Positions 16,047 through 26,179 of a DNA stretch of 32,000 bases are shown piece by piece (the first letter of the stretch is position 1; each line of letters starts with the position of its first letter). Below the pieces are notes generated by a model. It was not told the DNA's origin. It did not search any database and saw only the letters and a list, made by a program, of their open reading frames with translations. Location: NCBI RefSeq assembly GCF_900199515.1, contig NZ_LT963434.1:1323272-1355271 (forward strand), read 5' to 3'. Source of the DNA: Massilicoli timonensis. GTDB lineage: Bacteria; Bacillota_I; Bacilli_A; Erysipelotrichales; Erysipelotrichaceae. The translations under genes were made by a program, and so were the position numbers.

Positions 16047-17274
16047 ATTTTCTCTGCGGCGCCGTTTTTTCAATAAGACGCAGATCTTCATCAATTTGAT
16101 CTTGTTTACTGCCTGCGCGCTTTTGTTATTTGCGGACCATTTGATCACTTGTTTTATGCCAAGCATGCTGAACTCGATCAATATTCATACGGTGGCGATG
16201 CCGCAGTCGATGGTACAGGAGCTAAATGAAACAAAACAGTCGTTTTTCTATTTTCAGCCGACTTCACGATCACTAAACAAGGCGAAAAAGCAATATGAAT
16301 ATGTGCTCTTTTATGACGGTGAATTTACTTTGCACAGTGAATATCCGCTTGATGAAATGAAAATCGTGGCTTTGGAAAGTTTGTTAGAACAGTATCGACA
16401 GACACAGATCTTAAAAGAAAACAAGGAATCAGCGGCTTTGATTGCGTATGCGCAACCGCTTGTGCTGCATCAAAAAACAACGGCACAAAAACAGGAAGAG
16501 CGGGCAGGTATCGTCTTTATGGTCGTTACCGGCATCTATTTCATGATGCTTTCTTTTGCGACAACCGTTGCCAATGAGGTCGTCTATGAAAAAGCGACGA
16601 AAACACTGGAGCTGATCTTGACCAGCGTCAGTGCGCGAACGCATTTTTTAAGCAAGCTGCTGAGCGGCTGGCTGACCGTGCTGTTACAGTGTGCGATCAG
16701 TGGCGGCTGTTTGCTTTTTTGGACCTTGATCAGATGGCAGATCGACAACGGAAGCGGCTTGTTGAAAGCTGCGAAAAGCTTGCAGATTTTGTCGATCAAA
16801 GAAGCGACTTTTTCACAGGTACTCGCACATATCGATCTATCTTTCGATTTTTTGCTTCTGCTGCTTGGCATCGCTTTCTTTTTACTGGCAGGCATGCTGC
16901 TCATTCAAATGCTTTTGGTCGTTATTTCCAGCTTCATCTCCAGCATTGAGGCAGCAGCGGCGATCCAAGCGCCTTTCTATATGATCTTGATTGCTGTTTA
17001 TTATCTGACTTTATCGCTTAACGATCCCCAGCACATGTCGCAGGGCATCGGCTATTATTTGTCGTTTCTGCCGTTTTTATCCATGCTGATGATGCCATGT
17101 CGCTTTTTGATGACAGTCGTAACCGTACCGGAGTTTCTGCTGGCGGCTTTTTTGGCAATCGCTTCGCTTACGGCGGTTTTGCATTATGGCGGTGCGATCT
17201 ATCAGCGCGGCGTGCTCGACTATTCTAATAAAGGCTTTTTACAAATCATGAAAGCAATATGTAAACGATCCTAG
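16030..17274 (+). CDS. ABC-2 type transporter permease (NatB-like)
   Basis: 414-aa protein with an N-terminal TM segment, a large extracytoplasmic loop and a C-terminal multi-TM bundle. Overlaps the ATPase gene by 17 nt. Confidence 0.75.
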   Translation: MKELIKFSLRRRFFNKTQIFINLILFTACALLLFADHLITCFMPSMLNSINIHTVAMPQSMVQELNETKQSFFYFQPTSRSLNKAKKQYEYVLFYDGEFTLHSEYPLDEMKIVALESLLEQYRQTQILKENKESAALIAYAQPLVLHQKTTAQKQEERAGIVFMVVTGIYFMMLSFATTVANEVVYEKATKTLELILTSVSARTHFLSKLLSGWLTVLLQCAISGGCLLFWTLIRWQIDNGSGLLKAAKSLQILSIKEATFSQVLAHIDLSFDFLLLLLGIAFFLLAGMLLIQMLLVVISSFISSIEAAAAIQAPFYMILIAVYYLTLSLNDPQHMSQGIGYYLSFLPFLSMLMMPCRFLMTVVTVPEFLLAAFLAIASLTAVLHYGGAIYQRGVLDYSNKGFLQIMKAICKRS

Positions 17275-17365
17275 TGCAGCAGACCTTGTCTGTTTTAGAC
17301 AAACAAAAAGATCCTTGTTCAGACATGATCACAAAAGATCATATTCATGAAAAGGATCTGCTTTA

Positions 17366-18640
17366 TCATCCGGCTTTTTGATTTGTTCCTTTTTTCAGTT
17401 GAGCAAGAGAAGCTGTGCGTTTTGTCCGCTTTAATTTCTTTAGATTGCCTGCCAGTACCTGTTCATACTGACTATTGGTCTGCGGGGTATAGAAGCTTGC
17501 ATCCTTTAACGGATCCGGTAAATACTGGATCTGATCCCACAAATCGCTGCGCCCATAGTCATAGCGTTCATTTTCGGCTAAAGTAACCGGCGTATAATGC
17601 AGATATGGCGGCATTTGCAGACCATATTGATGCAGCGCCTGCATCGCTTTGTCGATTGCGGCTTCTGCCGATTTTGATTTCGGTGACAGACATAGATCGA
17701 TCACTGCCTGACTTAAAGGGATCCTGCCTTCCGGGAAGCCTACTCGTTTAGCCGCATCGATCGCGTTCACACAGCGCGCAACGGCAGCGGGATTGCCTAG
17801 TCCGACATCCTCATAGGCACATACCAGCAGTCTTCTTTCGATCGCATCCATATCCTGTGCTTCGATCATTGCCGCTAAATAATAAAGCGCCGCATCGACG
17901 TCACTGCCGCGTATGCTTTTTTGAAATGCACTCAGTACGTTATAGTAGCCATCTCCGTTTTTATCCAGCAGTCTTTGTCCTTTCTGCAGATACAGATCAA
18001 GCGCTGCTTCTTCAATGATGCCATTTTCACACCCATATGCGCAAAGTTCCAGTACATTCATCGCCTGCCGCAGATCACCGCCGCATTTGATTGCAATCTG
18101 TGAAAGCAGCGCGTCGTCCGCCTCAACCAGATGATTCAATCCTTTCTCACTTTCTAATGCGCGCCGCAGTGCTGTTACACAATCCGCAGTGCTGAGCGCG
18201 TAAAATTCAAAGATATGGCAGCGAGAGCGGATTGCCGGATTGATCGCATGATAAGGATTGGCAGTCGTTGCGCCGATCATGGTAATCATCCCTTTTTCAA
18301 CATAAGGAAGCAATAGATCCTGCTTATCCTTATTTAAGCGATGTACCTCATCAATGATCACGACCAGCCCCGGATAAAGCTTTGCTTCCTCAAACAGACG
18401 ATCCAGATCTTTTTTGTTGCCGCTGACCGCATTAAACATACGGTATGGCAGACCGACCGACTGTGCCAGTACGGTTGCCATCGTTGTCTTCCCGGTGCCC
18501 GGAGGACCATAGAAGATCATCGAAAACAAGCGTTTTGCTTCCACACATCGACGCAAAACTTTTCCCGGTGCGATCAAATGTTTTTGTCCGACGATCTCAT
18601 CCGGCGTTTGCGGACGCATCCGATAAGCAAGTGGTTCCAT
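17366..18640 (-). CDS. rarA: Replication-associated recombination protein A (AAA+ ATPase, MgsA/RarA)
   Basis: MEPLAYRMRPQTPDEIVGQKHL..., GPPGTGKTT and VVIIDEVHRLNK motifs, plus the C-terminal MgsA domain (NVLSAFQKSIRGSDVDAALYYL). Confidence 0.92.
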   Translation of the reverse strand: MEPLAYRMRPQTPDEIVGQKHLIAPGKVLRRCVEAKRLFSMIFYGPPGTGKTTMATVLAQSVGLPYRMFNAVSGNKKDLDRLFEEAKLYPGLVVIIDEVHRLNKDKQDLLLPYVEKGMITMIGATTANPYHAINPAIRSRCHIFEFYALSTADCVTALRRALESEKGLNHLVEADDALLSQIAIKCGGDLRQAMNVLELCAYGCENGIIEEAALDLYLQKGQRLLDKNGDGYYNVLSAFQKSIRGSDVDAALYYLAAMIEAQDMDAIERRLLVCAYEDVGLGNPAAVARCVNAIDAAKRVGFPEGRIPLSQAVIDLCLSPKSKSAEAAIDKAMQALHQYGLQMPPYLHYTPVTLAENERYDYGRSDLWDQIQYLPDPLKDASFYTPQTNSQYEQVLAGNLKKLKRTKRTASLAQLKKGTNQKAG

Positions 18641-18682
18641 GACATCGCCTCCTTATCGCCCATTTTATCACATTCCATTTCA

Positions 18683-19246
18683 TTAAGACAGAAAAAGATG
18701 CTCGACCAGGATCTTCAAACCGATCACGATCAGTACGATCCCACCGAAAATCTGTGCATATTTTTCAATATAGCTGCCTAGCCACTTCCCTAAAAACACT
18801 GCAATAAAACTCAAAAGGAAGGTGGTGATCCCGATCATCGCAACCGCGCTCCAAATGGAGTCCAGCTTTAAGAAGGCAAAGCTGATCCCGATCGCCAATG
18901 CATCGATACTGGTGGCGATCGCTAAGATGATCACCTGTTTCAAATACAGTGGTTCACAAACCGTTTCTTCTTCCGCCTTTGCTTCTCGCATCATATTGAT
19001 ACCGATGCCGGCCAATAAGAGAAAGGCGATCCAATGATCGATCGAAGCGATCAAATCAGAAAAATAAATACCGGCGAAATAACCGATCGTCGGCATCATC
19101 GCCTGAAATAAGCCGAAAAAGAATGCCAGGTAAAGAGCGGTCGTAATCGTCTTACCGCCACGTGTGCACATGCCTTTTGCCACTGCAACGGCAAACGCAT
19201 CCATGGACAGTCCAATCCCGATCATAAGCACTGAAAGCAATGTCAT
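18683..19246 (-). CDS. mntP: Manganese efflux pump MntP
   Basis: 187-aa, 6-TM protein with the duplicated GLSMDAFAVA / ATSIDALAIG motifs of the MntP/YebN family, preceded by a Mn riboswitch. Confidence 0.9.
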   Translation of the reverse strand: MTLLSVLMIGIGLSMDAFAVAVAKGMCTRGGKTITTALYLAFFFGLFQAMMPTIGYFAGIYFSDLIASIDHWIAFLLLAGIGINMMREAKAEEETVCEPLYLKQVIILAIATSIDALAIGISFAFLKLDSIWSAVAMIGITTFLLSFIAVFLGKWLGSYIEKYAQIFGGIVLIVIGLKILVEHLFLS

Positions 19247-19261
19247 ATCCTATCCTCCTGT

Positions 19262-19385
19262 AAAAAAAGACTCACGCACAAAAAACTGTGCATAAGTCTT
19301 GTCGTTTAACTATTAAGCCAGACCTCGCGGTCAGTCTGTTGGCTTAATTACTCACTTGTGAGCCAACTACTCCCTTAGTGCTTCC
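19262..19385 (-). promoter_or_regulatory. yybP-ykoY (manganese) riboswitch with terminator expression platform
   Basis: The minus strand carries AAGGGAGUAG (19376-19367) and ...AACGACAAGACUUAUG, matching the conserved yybP-ykoY 5' and 3' cores. The 3' P1 strand overlaps a 13-bp terminator stem (AAGACUUAUGCAC/GUGCGUGAGUCUU, 19300-19262) followed by U7. Confidence 0.8.
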
Positions 19386-19428
19386 TTATTCTACCATGAA
19401 CGATCAAAAATTACAATTACTGTTTTCC

Positions 19429-20253
19429 CTAGAAACCGAACTCTTCATCGCTGTACCAGTAGTCTTCGAAACTTTCCTCATCTTCATAGAAAGCATCGCT
19501 GCCATCACTTTCCACATAAGTTCCCGATTCTAAATAAGTATCCAGATCTTCCGGAAATTCGATTGCTTCCAACTGATTGACATCTTTCATCTTCAGCGTC
19601 AGTTCTACAACGACTTCCTGCTCATCCTGTACTGCATCTGCCTGCATGGAAAACGATGTCAGCATTCCTTTGTCATCGATCTGAAAAGTAAATTCCATCG
19701 TATTATAATGCGGCGCGCTTCCAGATGATGTTTCGTCATATGTCTTTTCGATCGTTGCATTGATCACATCCACATCAAACACCATGTGGATCTCATTATC
19801 GTCAATGGTCGCTTCTTCCAGCATGGCTTTGATTTCTTTGTCATCGATCATCGTTTCCGGATCAATGCCGATATTAAAGGAGCTGAGGCTTTCCTCTACA
19901 TCCAGCGGCTGTTTCATATTTTCTCCCATTGCGCTCATATACAAGTAATCCTCTTTGATATACAAGCTCATAAAATCATCGACTGAAATGCCGGACACTG
20001 ACATAGATGCATTCATGCGCAGCTGCAGCGGTCCGTCATTGATAAATCCGCCGTTGATGGCAAATTTCACTTTTTGTCCGTCTGCTTTCGCATTGACTTC
20101 CAATTCATAATCCGCAGACCGATAATCCATGATCTTCGTCAGTGCATTTTTATAAGCATCGATCGCTTCCTGCTGAATTTCTTTTTTGCTTCCACATGCA
20201 CCGATTACAAAGAGCATACAAAATGTTACAAAAAACATCGTGATCTTTTTCAT
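19429..20253 (-). CDS. Acidic lipoprotein of unknown function
   Basis: Signal peptide with lipobox (FVIGAC at the cleavage site). Start ATG 20253 is preferred because of GGAGGA 6 nt upstream. Very acidic C-terminus. No family recognised. Confidence 0.7.
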   Translation of the reverse strand: MKKITMFFVTFCMLFVIGACGSKKEIQQEAIDAYKNALTKIMDYRSADYELEVNAKADGQKVKFAINGGFINDGPLQLRMNASMSVSGISVDDFMSLYIKEDYLYMSAMGENMKQPLDVEESLSSFNIGIDPETMIDDKEIKAMLEEATIDDNEIHMVFDVDVINATIEKTYDETSSGSAPHYNTMEFTFQIDDKGMLTSFSMQADAVQDEQEVVVELTLKMKDVNQLEAIEFPEDLDTYLESGTYVESDGSDAFYEDEESFEDYWYSDEEFGF

Positions 20254-20367
20254 CGTCATTCCTCCTATCCGCTCTTGATTTAATTACATTCTATCACATA
20301 ATGTTTTGATACTCAATTCCCTTTCTTGCGGCTATTTTATCCTATGTAGTGTTTTTCTTTTGGCATC

Positions 20368-20393
20368 AAAAAACTCTTTCTTTCGTGAAAGAG
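20368..20393 (-). terminator. Rho-independent terminator after the FemAB-family gene
   Basis: Minus strand: CTCTTTC-ACGAAA-GAAAGAG followed by T6. Confidence 0.65.
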
Positions 20394-20399
20394 CCTTGT

Positions 20400-21602
20400 T
20401 TATTTTTTCAGTTTTTTCAATAGCCGCAGACACTTGGAAGAAACATCGTACAGCTTCGGATACGGCAATAAGTCAAATTCACCGATCCGTTCGTTGATGA
20501 CCGGATAAAAATTGCCTTTGAATTGTAGCAGGTTGTCTTGCAGCGTACCATCCACGCCGCCCATATTACAGATCTTCGCTCCCTTGGCAAAACATTGCCT
20601 GATCGCTTCCAGCCACACCTTATAAGGCGCCATATAGCGCTTAAAACGCTCATCCATTCCGGCATACAGAATCTCACTGCCACTTCCGTACACCACTGCC
20701 AAAACACCGCAAAGATAAGCAGTTTCCTGTTCTTTTGCCAAGTCTTTCAACTCATCATGATTACGCTTCAGCGACGCCCGCTTTTCTTCTAAAGTAAAGC
20801 GTTTCTTCGGTTTATCCCGGCACTGCGCAAGCTGCTCTTCCACACTTTCCAACTCTGCACAGATCGCGTCAAACTGTTTGCGCAGCGGGATCTTGCCAAA
20901 CATGAGGAATGCCTTTTCCCCATATGTTTCCAAGATTCTTTGATAATAACTTGCATCGCGCAGGGCGACTTCTTTTCGCTTGCTGGTCATCTGCATCAAT
21001 TCGTTAAACTGTTCTAGTTTTTCCAGATGCGCGATTTCGATCTCCACTTCTTTTTTATCTGCGATCGCCAACATTTTCGCAAAGTGTTTGCCGGTCAAGA
21101 TCTTCTCCAGATCCTCCTCATGCACCTCCGCCTGAAAACGCGGCTGTGCCGTTTCCTTCATATCGATGTTCTCTCCATGATAGACAGCGCCGGCTTGTCG
21201 GAAGGCCTGTACCAGCATTTCTCCCTGCTTAGAAACGATCCGTTCTTCACCGATGTGATAGCCTGCCAAAGTAACATTCGGATCAAACTTTACGATGAGC
21301 GCATGACGTCCTTTCGCCCACTTACCGATTGCTTTTAGGAAGGATACGCTCATTTCTAGGTTTTCAAAATCGACGATTGGTCCTCTTGGCACATACATCG
21401 CCTGAAGGCCAAAAGGCAAGTGCTTGATCAATACCATCGCAGCCCCTACCAATTCATGATCCTTCTCATATCCCAAGAAGACATGATCCCAATTATTTTT
21501 GACCTGCGCCCATCCGGCTGACTGAAGCAGACTGCCATAAGGGTGCTGTTCCACAAAGGCATCGTACTGTTTTTTATCTAAATCCGTAATCAGTTTATAC
21601 AT
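20400..21602 (-). CDS. FemAB-family peptidoglycan interpeptide-bridge aminoacyltransferase
   Basis: Start ATG 21602 (MYKLITDLDKKQYDAFVEQHPYGSLLQSAGWAQVK...). Central coiled-coil insertion, and overall length typical of FemX/FemA/MurM-type transferases. Confidence 0.8.
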   Translation of the reverse strand: MYKLITDLDKKQYDAFVEQHPYGSLLQSAGWAQVKNNWDHVFLGYEKDHELVGAAMVLIKHLPFGLQAMYVPRGPIVDFENLEMSVSFLKAIGKWAKGRHALIVKFDPNVTLAGYHIGEERIVSKQGEMLVQAFRQAGAVYHGENIDMKETAQPRFQAEVHEEDLEKILTGKHFAKMLAIADKKEVEIEIAHLEKLEQFNELMQMTSKRKEVALRDASYYQRILETYGEKAFLMFGKIPLRKQFDAICAELESVEEQLAQCRDKPKKRFTLEEKRASLKRNHDELKDLAKEQETAYLCGVLAVVYGSGSEILYAGMDERFKRYMAPYKVWLEAIRQCFAKGAKICNMGGVDGTLQDNLLQFKGNFYPVINERIGEFDLLPYPKLYDVSSKCLRLLKKLKK

Positions 21603-21809
21603 GGTTATCCTTCTTTCGATCAATGTGCGCTCACACATCCGTTCTCCGTCATCAAAGCGATCTTTTCATGCTTTTTGCACATCGCTGTTTACTAACAACA
21701 TTATAAACAGCTTGTCTGAAATGTCAATATATGGCTGCCAGTCGTTTCTCTTTCAGGGATAGTTTCCCCAAAACAAATGTCTTTACTCCCCTTTATCTGT
21801 AATTGACAT

Positions 21810-21839
21810 AAAAAAGCAAGAATGCATCATCATTCCTGC
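21810..21839 (-). terminator. Rho-independent terminator after gpmI
   Basis: Minus strand: GCAGGAATG-ATGATG-CATTCTTGC followed by T6. Confidence 0.65.
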
Positions 21840-21865
21840 TTTTGCTTGCTATTTCGGTGCTTTCC

Positions 21866-23437
21866 CTATTTGATGATGGCAGGAAGCCACGCTTCATCGC
21901 CGTCAACTTCCAAAAGCTTTGCGACCGTCGCAGCCACATTTGCCAAACCGAATTCTCCTTCGGCAATCTCCACATCGGCGCCATAAATAATGAAAGGCAC
22001 TTTATTCAGTGTATGCGATGTTTTTGCCTTCAAGGCTGCTCCTTCTTTCTTAGGCTTTTCATACATTTCATCCGCATTGCCATGGTCCGCGGTTACGATC
22101 AAGATACCGTTTACTTCATCTACCGCTTTCATGACCCGCTTCAGATTCAGATCCACACTTTCCACACCGATGATCGTCGCTTCATAATCACCAGTATGTC
22201 CCACCATATCCCCGTTTGGATAATTGGTGCGCAGGAAATCATATTTTCCTGATTTGATCGCTTCTACCAAAGCATCGGTGATCTCTGCCGATTTCATCCA
22301 AGGACGCTGTTCAAACGGTACGACATCTGATTTGATTTCTACATATTCTTCCAAGGCTTCATCGAACTTGCCGGAACGATTACCATTCCAGAAGTACGTA
22401 ACATGACCATATTTCTGCGTTTCACTGATCGCATACTGGCGAATGCCCTGTTTTACTAACGCTTCAGACAATGTATGCTTAATTTTCGGCGGCAGAGCCA
22501 AATACTGATGCGGGATATTCAGATCCGCGTCATACTGCAACATGCCGGCAAACTGCACCTTTGGACGGCGCACCCGATCAAAGTGGGTAAACTCCTCTTC
22601 ATCAAAGGCACGGCAGATTTCCTGTGCACGATCCCCTCTGAAGTTAAAGAGAATCACACTGTCGCCATCTTCGATCGTTCCTGCCGGTTTTCCATCTTTC
22701 ACGATCACAAATGCCGGCATATCCTGGTCTACGACGCCGCTTTCTGCACGATAGGTTTCGATCGCTTCTTTCGCGCTCGCAAATGTTCGTCCCTCGCCTA
22801 ATACATGCGTATGCCATCCGGCTTCCACCATCGGCCAGTTTGCCTCATAGCGATCCATCGTAATTTTCATACGTCCGCCGCCGCTGGCAATACATGCTTG
22901 GAACGAATCATCATTTAATTCCGCCATAAACTTTTCAATGCGTTCTACATAAAGCAAAGCGCTTGTTTCCGGCACATCACGTCCATCCAACAAAGCATGG
23001 ATCCGCACTTCTTTTACACCTTCTGCCTTTGCCTGTTTGATCAACGCTTCCAGGTGCTCGATATGAGAGTGCACATTTCCATCCGATAACAGACCGATAA
23101 AATGCAAAGTGCCCTTTTCTTTACAATAAGACACTAGATTTTTCCATGTTTCCGATTCAAAAATATCACCGGAAGCGATCGATTCATTTACCAGCTTCGC
23201 TCCCTGCGAATAGATCTGTCCGCACCCTAAGGCATTATGCCCTACTTCGCTGTTTCCCATATCGCCGTTGCTCGGCAATCCGACCGCCAAACCATGTGCC
23301 GCGATCGCTGTATGAGGACAAGTGCTTAATAATTCATCTAATGTCGGTGTATAAGCATTCAAAACTGCATTTCCCAGTTTATTTTCACTGATGCCGACAC
23401 CATCCATTACTACTAATACAACAGGTCTTTTGCTCAT
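21866..23437 (-). CDS. gpmI: 2,3-bisphosphoglycerate-independent phosphoglycerate mutase
   Basis: Start ATG 23437 after AGGAGG. MSKRPVVLVVMDGVG...NSEVGH...ADHGNA motifs of iPGM. Confidence 0.92.
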   Translation of the reverse strand: MSKRPVVLVVMDGVGISENKLGNAVLNAYTPTLDELLSTCPHTAIAAHGLAVGLPSNGDMGNSEVGHNALGCGQIYSQGAKLVNESIASGDIFESETWKNLVSYCKEKGTLHFIGLLSDGNVHSHIEHLEALIKQAKAEGVKEVRIHALLDGRDVPETSALLYVERIEKFMAELNDDSFQACIASGGGRMKITMDRYEANWPMVEAGWHTHVLGEGRTFASAKEAIETYRAESGVVDQDMPAFVIVKDGKPAGTIEDGDSVILFNFRGDRAQEICRAFDEEEFTHFDRVRRPKVQFAGMLQYDADLNIPHQYLALPPKIKHTLSEALVKQGIRQYAISETQKYGHVTYFWNGNRSGKFDEALEEYVEIKSDVVPFEQRPWMKSAEITDALVEAIKSGKYDFLRTNYPNGDMVGHTGDYEATIIGVESVDLNLKRVMKAVDEVNGILIVTADHGNADEMYEKPKKEGAALKAKTSHTLNKVPFIIYGADVEIAEGEFGLANVAATVAKLLEVDGDEAWLPAIIK

Positions 23438-23559
23438 TTTGTGATTTCCTCCTAATTCTACTTTATTAGTATAGCGCAATTTTCACTCAGAAACAACGAA
23501 AAGACCGTTTATTTCACCCTCATTACAGCTTTCTTCTCCTGATAAAGCCTGATTTCACA

Positions 23560-23757
23560 TCATTTTTCTTTATGGCTTTTTTTCAGCCGTTCTTTTGCCT
23601 GTGCAACGCTTTCTCCTTCCTTTTTCAAATAGCGTTCCACAAACGCATCTTCTATATTGTTGTATTTTTCTACAACGGTTTTCTCAATCTTTTCATATGC
23701 ATTGACTGCTTTCTCTGCGATATTCGCATTGACTTCCACTAATTTTGATCTTGTCAT
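23560..23757 (-). CDS. Small charged coiled-coil protein, unknown function
   Basis: 65-aa ORF. Its start overlaps the upstream gene's stop by 4 nt (ATGA). Last gene of a three-gene operon divergent from a TetR gene. Confidence 0.55.
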   Translation of the reverse strand: MTRSKLVEVNANIAEKAVNAYEKIEKTVVEKYNNIEDAFVERYLKKEGESVAQAKERLKKSHKEK

Positions 23758-24386
23758 CGTTTCATCTCCTCTTTTTTCTTTCTAAATAATATTTGGAACC
23801 CGATCCCCATGACAAACAGACAAACCACCGCTGCGGTAATATCATCCACGATCCAGCCGTTTTCCCACTCACCAAAAGAAGCGATCATCGAACGCTGTAG
23901 TGTAAACACCGAAGCTGCTGCTTCTGCAAGGCTGATATTTTTTAATAACTCCATGCTCACAGAACGCTTTTTTCGCCGGTGCAGTGCCCTCCAAATCGCA
24001 AAACCGATCTTAACAAATACAAAAGTAGCGATGGTAATCATCATGATCGTATCATATTTGACCGCAATATCATGTGACAAACTAATAGCAATGACGCCCA
24101 TTAAAGCAACGCTTAATAAAAGCAACAAAACACCACTGATCTTTTCGATAAACTGCTTTTGACAAATAAAGTACTGCCTATCATGTCGATCAGCATATAA
24201 GACACATACTCGCATAACAGACAAAATCAGATAATAAGCACAAAGTGCAAGAAACCATATAGATGACTGCATTATGCCCAATACCCCATGATAGCCCGCA
24301 TAAAGAAGGTGCAGGCATAATACGCCTTTTACCGATACTTTTTGATAGCGGTGCCGCCAACCATTTATAAATCTTTTTTCGTTCAT
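23754..24386 (-). CDS. Integral membrane protein, unknown function
   Basis: 210 aa with about 5 predicted hydrophobic helices. No family recognised. Confidence 0.6.
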   Translation of the reverse strand: MNEKRFINGWRHRYQKVSVKGVLCLHLLYAGYHGVLGIMQSSIWFLALCAYYLILSVMRVCVLYADRHDRQYFICQKQFIEKISGVLLLLLSVALMGVIAISLSHDIAVKYDTIMMITIATFVFVKIGFAIWRALHRRKKRSVSMELLKNISLAEAAASVFTLQRSMIASFGEWENGWIVDDITAAVVCLFVMGIGFQILFRKKKEEMKR

Positions 24387-24414
24387 AATCAGGTTATGAT
24401 AGGATAACCTTCAC

Positions 24415-24792
24415 TTACGCTTCCTTTTTGATTCCCACTAGGAATACGATCATCCCCAGCAAAACAAAGATGCCGATCACGCCAAGCAAAATTCCCGCCA
24501 CCAGCTCTTCCCAAAGCATACTAAAGCACATGCCTGCTCCAAACGTCAATGTACCGCAAATCCCGATACAAGCGGCCCCAATCTGCTTCAAAGAAATGCG
24601 AATCGTTTTTTTATATTCCATTTTTCTGTAAATGAGCCAAGTGATCAATAAAAGCGCCATACCCAAACAACCGAGAAAAATGCCAAGCGGCATTACCTGC
24701 CACTGCGAGATAAGCGCCATACACATTCCCAGCGAGAATAACAACATTCCCGTAGTTCCAAACATCATTACGAACAAGCTGCTTTTTTTCAT
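24415..24792 (-). CDS. Small integral membrane protein, unknown function
   Basis: 125 aa, four hydrophobic segments, GGAGG SD. First gene of the operon. Confidence 0.6.
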   Translation of the reverse strand: MKKSSLFVMMFGTTGMLLFSLGMCMALISQWQVMPLGIFLGCLGMALLLITWLIYRKMEYKKTIRISLKQIGAACIGICGTLTFGAGMCFSMLWEELVAGILLGVIGIFVLLGMIVFLVGIKKEA

Positions 24793-24816
24793 CTTATTTA
24801 ACCTCCGATCACATCA

Positions 24817-24840
24817 TTAAAACAACACTTGTTGTTTTAA
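24817..24840. promoter_or_regulatory. Perfect palindromic operator (probable TetR binding site) overlapping divergent promoters
   Basis: TTAAAACAACA-CT-TGTTGTTTTAA, with perfect 11-bp arms. It overlaps the minus-strand promoter TTGAAT-17-TATTAA (24865-24837) and sits next to the plus-strand TATAAT (24852-24857) of the TetR gene. Confidence 0.6.
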
Positions 24841-24917
24841 TATAAAGACAGTATAATATATTCAACAGATAAAACAATCATCAATTAACTGCCATTTGTT
24901 GAGATAAAGGAGTTTTT

Positions 24918-25454
24918 ATGAATAAAGCGAACAATCGAAGAAAAAGAGCGTCTATTGAGAAAATCGAACATGTTTTTATCGAACTGTTACAGACAAAAGC
25001 ATTAAATCAGATCAGTGTTTCCGATATCTGTAAAAAGGCGGAACTGAATCGTACCACCTTTTATGCCAACTATACGGATATTTACGCTCTGGCTGATTCT
25101 ATCCGCATAAAACTGGAAAATAATTTGAATGATCTATATCAAGATGAGATTACCGTCGGCTTTAACAGCAACGATTATTTAAGGCTTTTTCATCATATTA
25201 AAGAAAACCGGCTGCTGTACCTTGCGTATTTCAAACTCGATTACGATAATCAGTTCCGTGTTTTTCACTATGACACCCATCTTGCCGAAATACATTTTCA
25301 CAATCGTTTCATTGAGTATCGCATAGAATTTTTCAGAAGCGGTATTACTAAAATCATAAAAATGTGGTTACAAAACGGCTGTAAAGAAAGTCCGGAAGAT
25401 ATGTTTGAAATCATTAAAAGCGAGTATCGTGGGCGCATGGACTTTTTTTGTTAG
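24918..25454 (+). CDS. TetR/AcrR family transcriptional regulator
   Basis: 178 aa with an N-terminal TetR HTH (ISVSDICKKAELNRTTFYANY). Confidence 0.85.
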   Translation: MNKANNRRKRASIEKIEHVFIELLQTKALNQISVSDICKKAELNRTTFYANYTDIYALADSIRIKLENNLNDLYQDEITVGFNSNDYLRLFHHIKENRLLYLAYFKLDYDNQFRVFHYDTHLAEIHFHNRFIEYRIEFFRSGITKIIKMWLQNGCKESPEDMFEIIKSEYRGRMDFFC

Positions 25455-25621
25455 AAGGATGCGATATCCTGTTACAACTTTGCGAACACCGCAACATGCC
25501 TTCATCCGGTTGGTTTGTCTGATCTTATTGATACTATGAAAAACATATATAAAAGCAGAGCTTGCCCATACGCTTGCTCTGCTTTCTCTTTGTCTTTTTC
25601 TTTAATCAAATTATCACAACA

Positions 25622-26179
25622 TTAAATATTATCAATGTCAGTAGAAATGATCTCTGAAGTATTGATGTCGATCTCAAATGAATACTCTTTGTTATTGTAG
25701 TAGAAGTCGATATCATATACATTTCTGCCATCATCATATTCCTGTTTGATGCGTACATTGGTAATACTGTTGCCGTCAACGCCGAAATGCGCCACTGCCT
25801 TTGCCAACGCTTCATCCTGTGTCAATCCCTGCGTCTGTGTCTGCTGCTCACCTGTTTGGGTCTGATCACCGTTGCCGGTCGTCTGATTTCCACTATTTCC
25901 CTGTGGGGTGCTTGGCGCCTGATAATTCTTTGTTTCTTTTTCCGCAATCGTACCGTCATCGTCTATTTCATAATCGTACGATTTTGTATCCGTATGAAAT
26001 TCAAAACCGAAACTATCGTCGTCGATTGTCTCAGAAGTAAACGTAACTTCTTCTTCGCTCAGCCCGGCATCCTTCAAGGCAATGCTGCGAGCTTCTTCCG
26101 ATGTGATCTTTTTACCGCATCCTGCCAAGATCAATGAGATTCCCACACCACTCAAAACGAATAATTTTCCTGCTTTCAT
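25622..26179 (-). CDS. PepSY-domain lipoprotein
   Basis: Start ATG 26179 after GGAGG. Lipobox LILAGC. Two PepSY-like modules (EEARSIALKDAG..., QDEALAKAVAHFG...) separated by a Q/T/G-rich linker. Confidence 0.7.
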   Translation of the reverse strand: MKAGKLFVLSGVGISLILAGCGKKITSEEARSIALKDAGLSEEEVTFTSETIDDDSFGFEFHTDTKSYDYEIDDDGTIAEKETKNYQAPSTPQGNSGNQTTGNGDQTQTGEQQTQTQGLTQDEALAKAVAHFGVDGNSITNVRIKQEYDDGRNVYDIDFYYNNKEYSFEIDINTSEIISTDIDNI

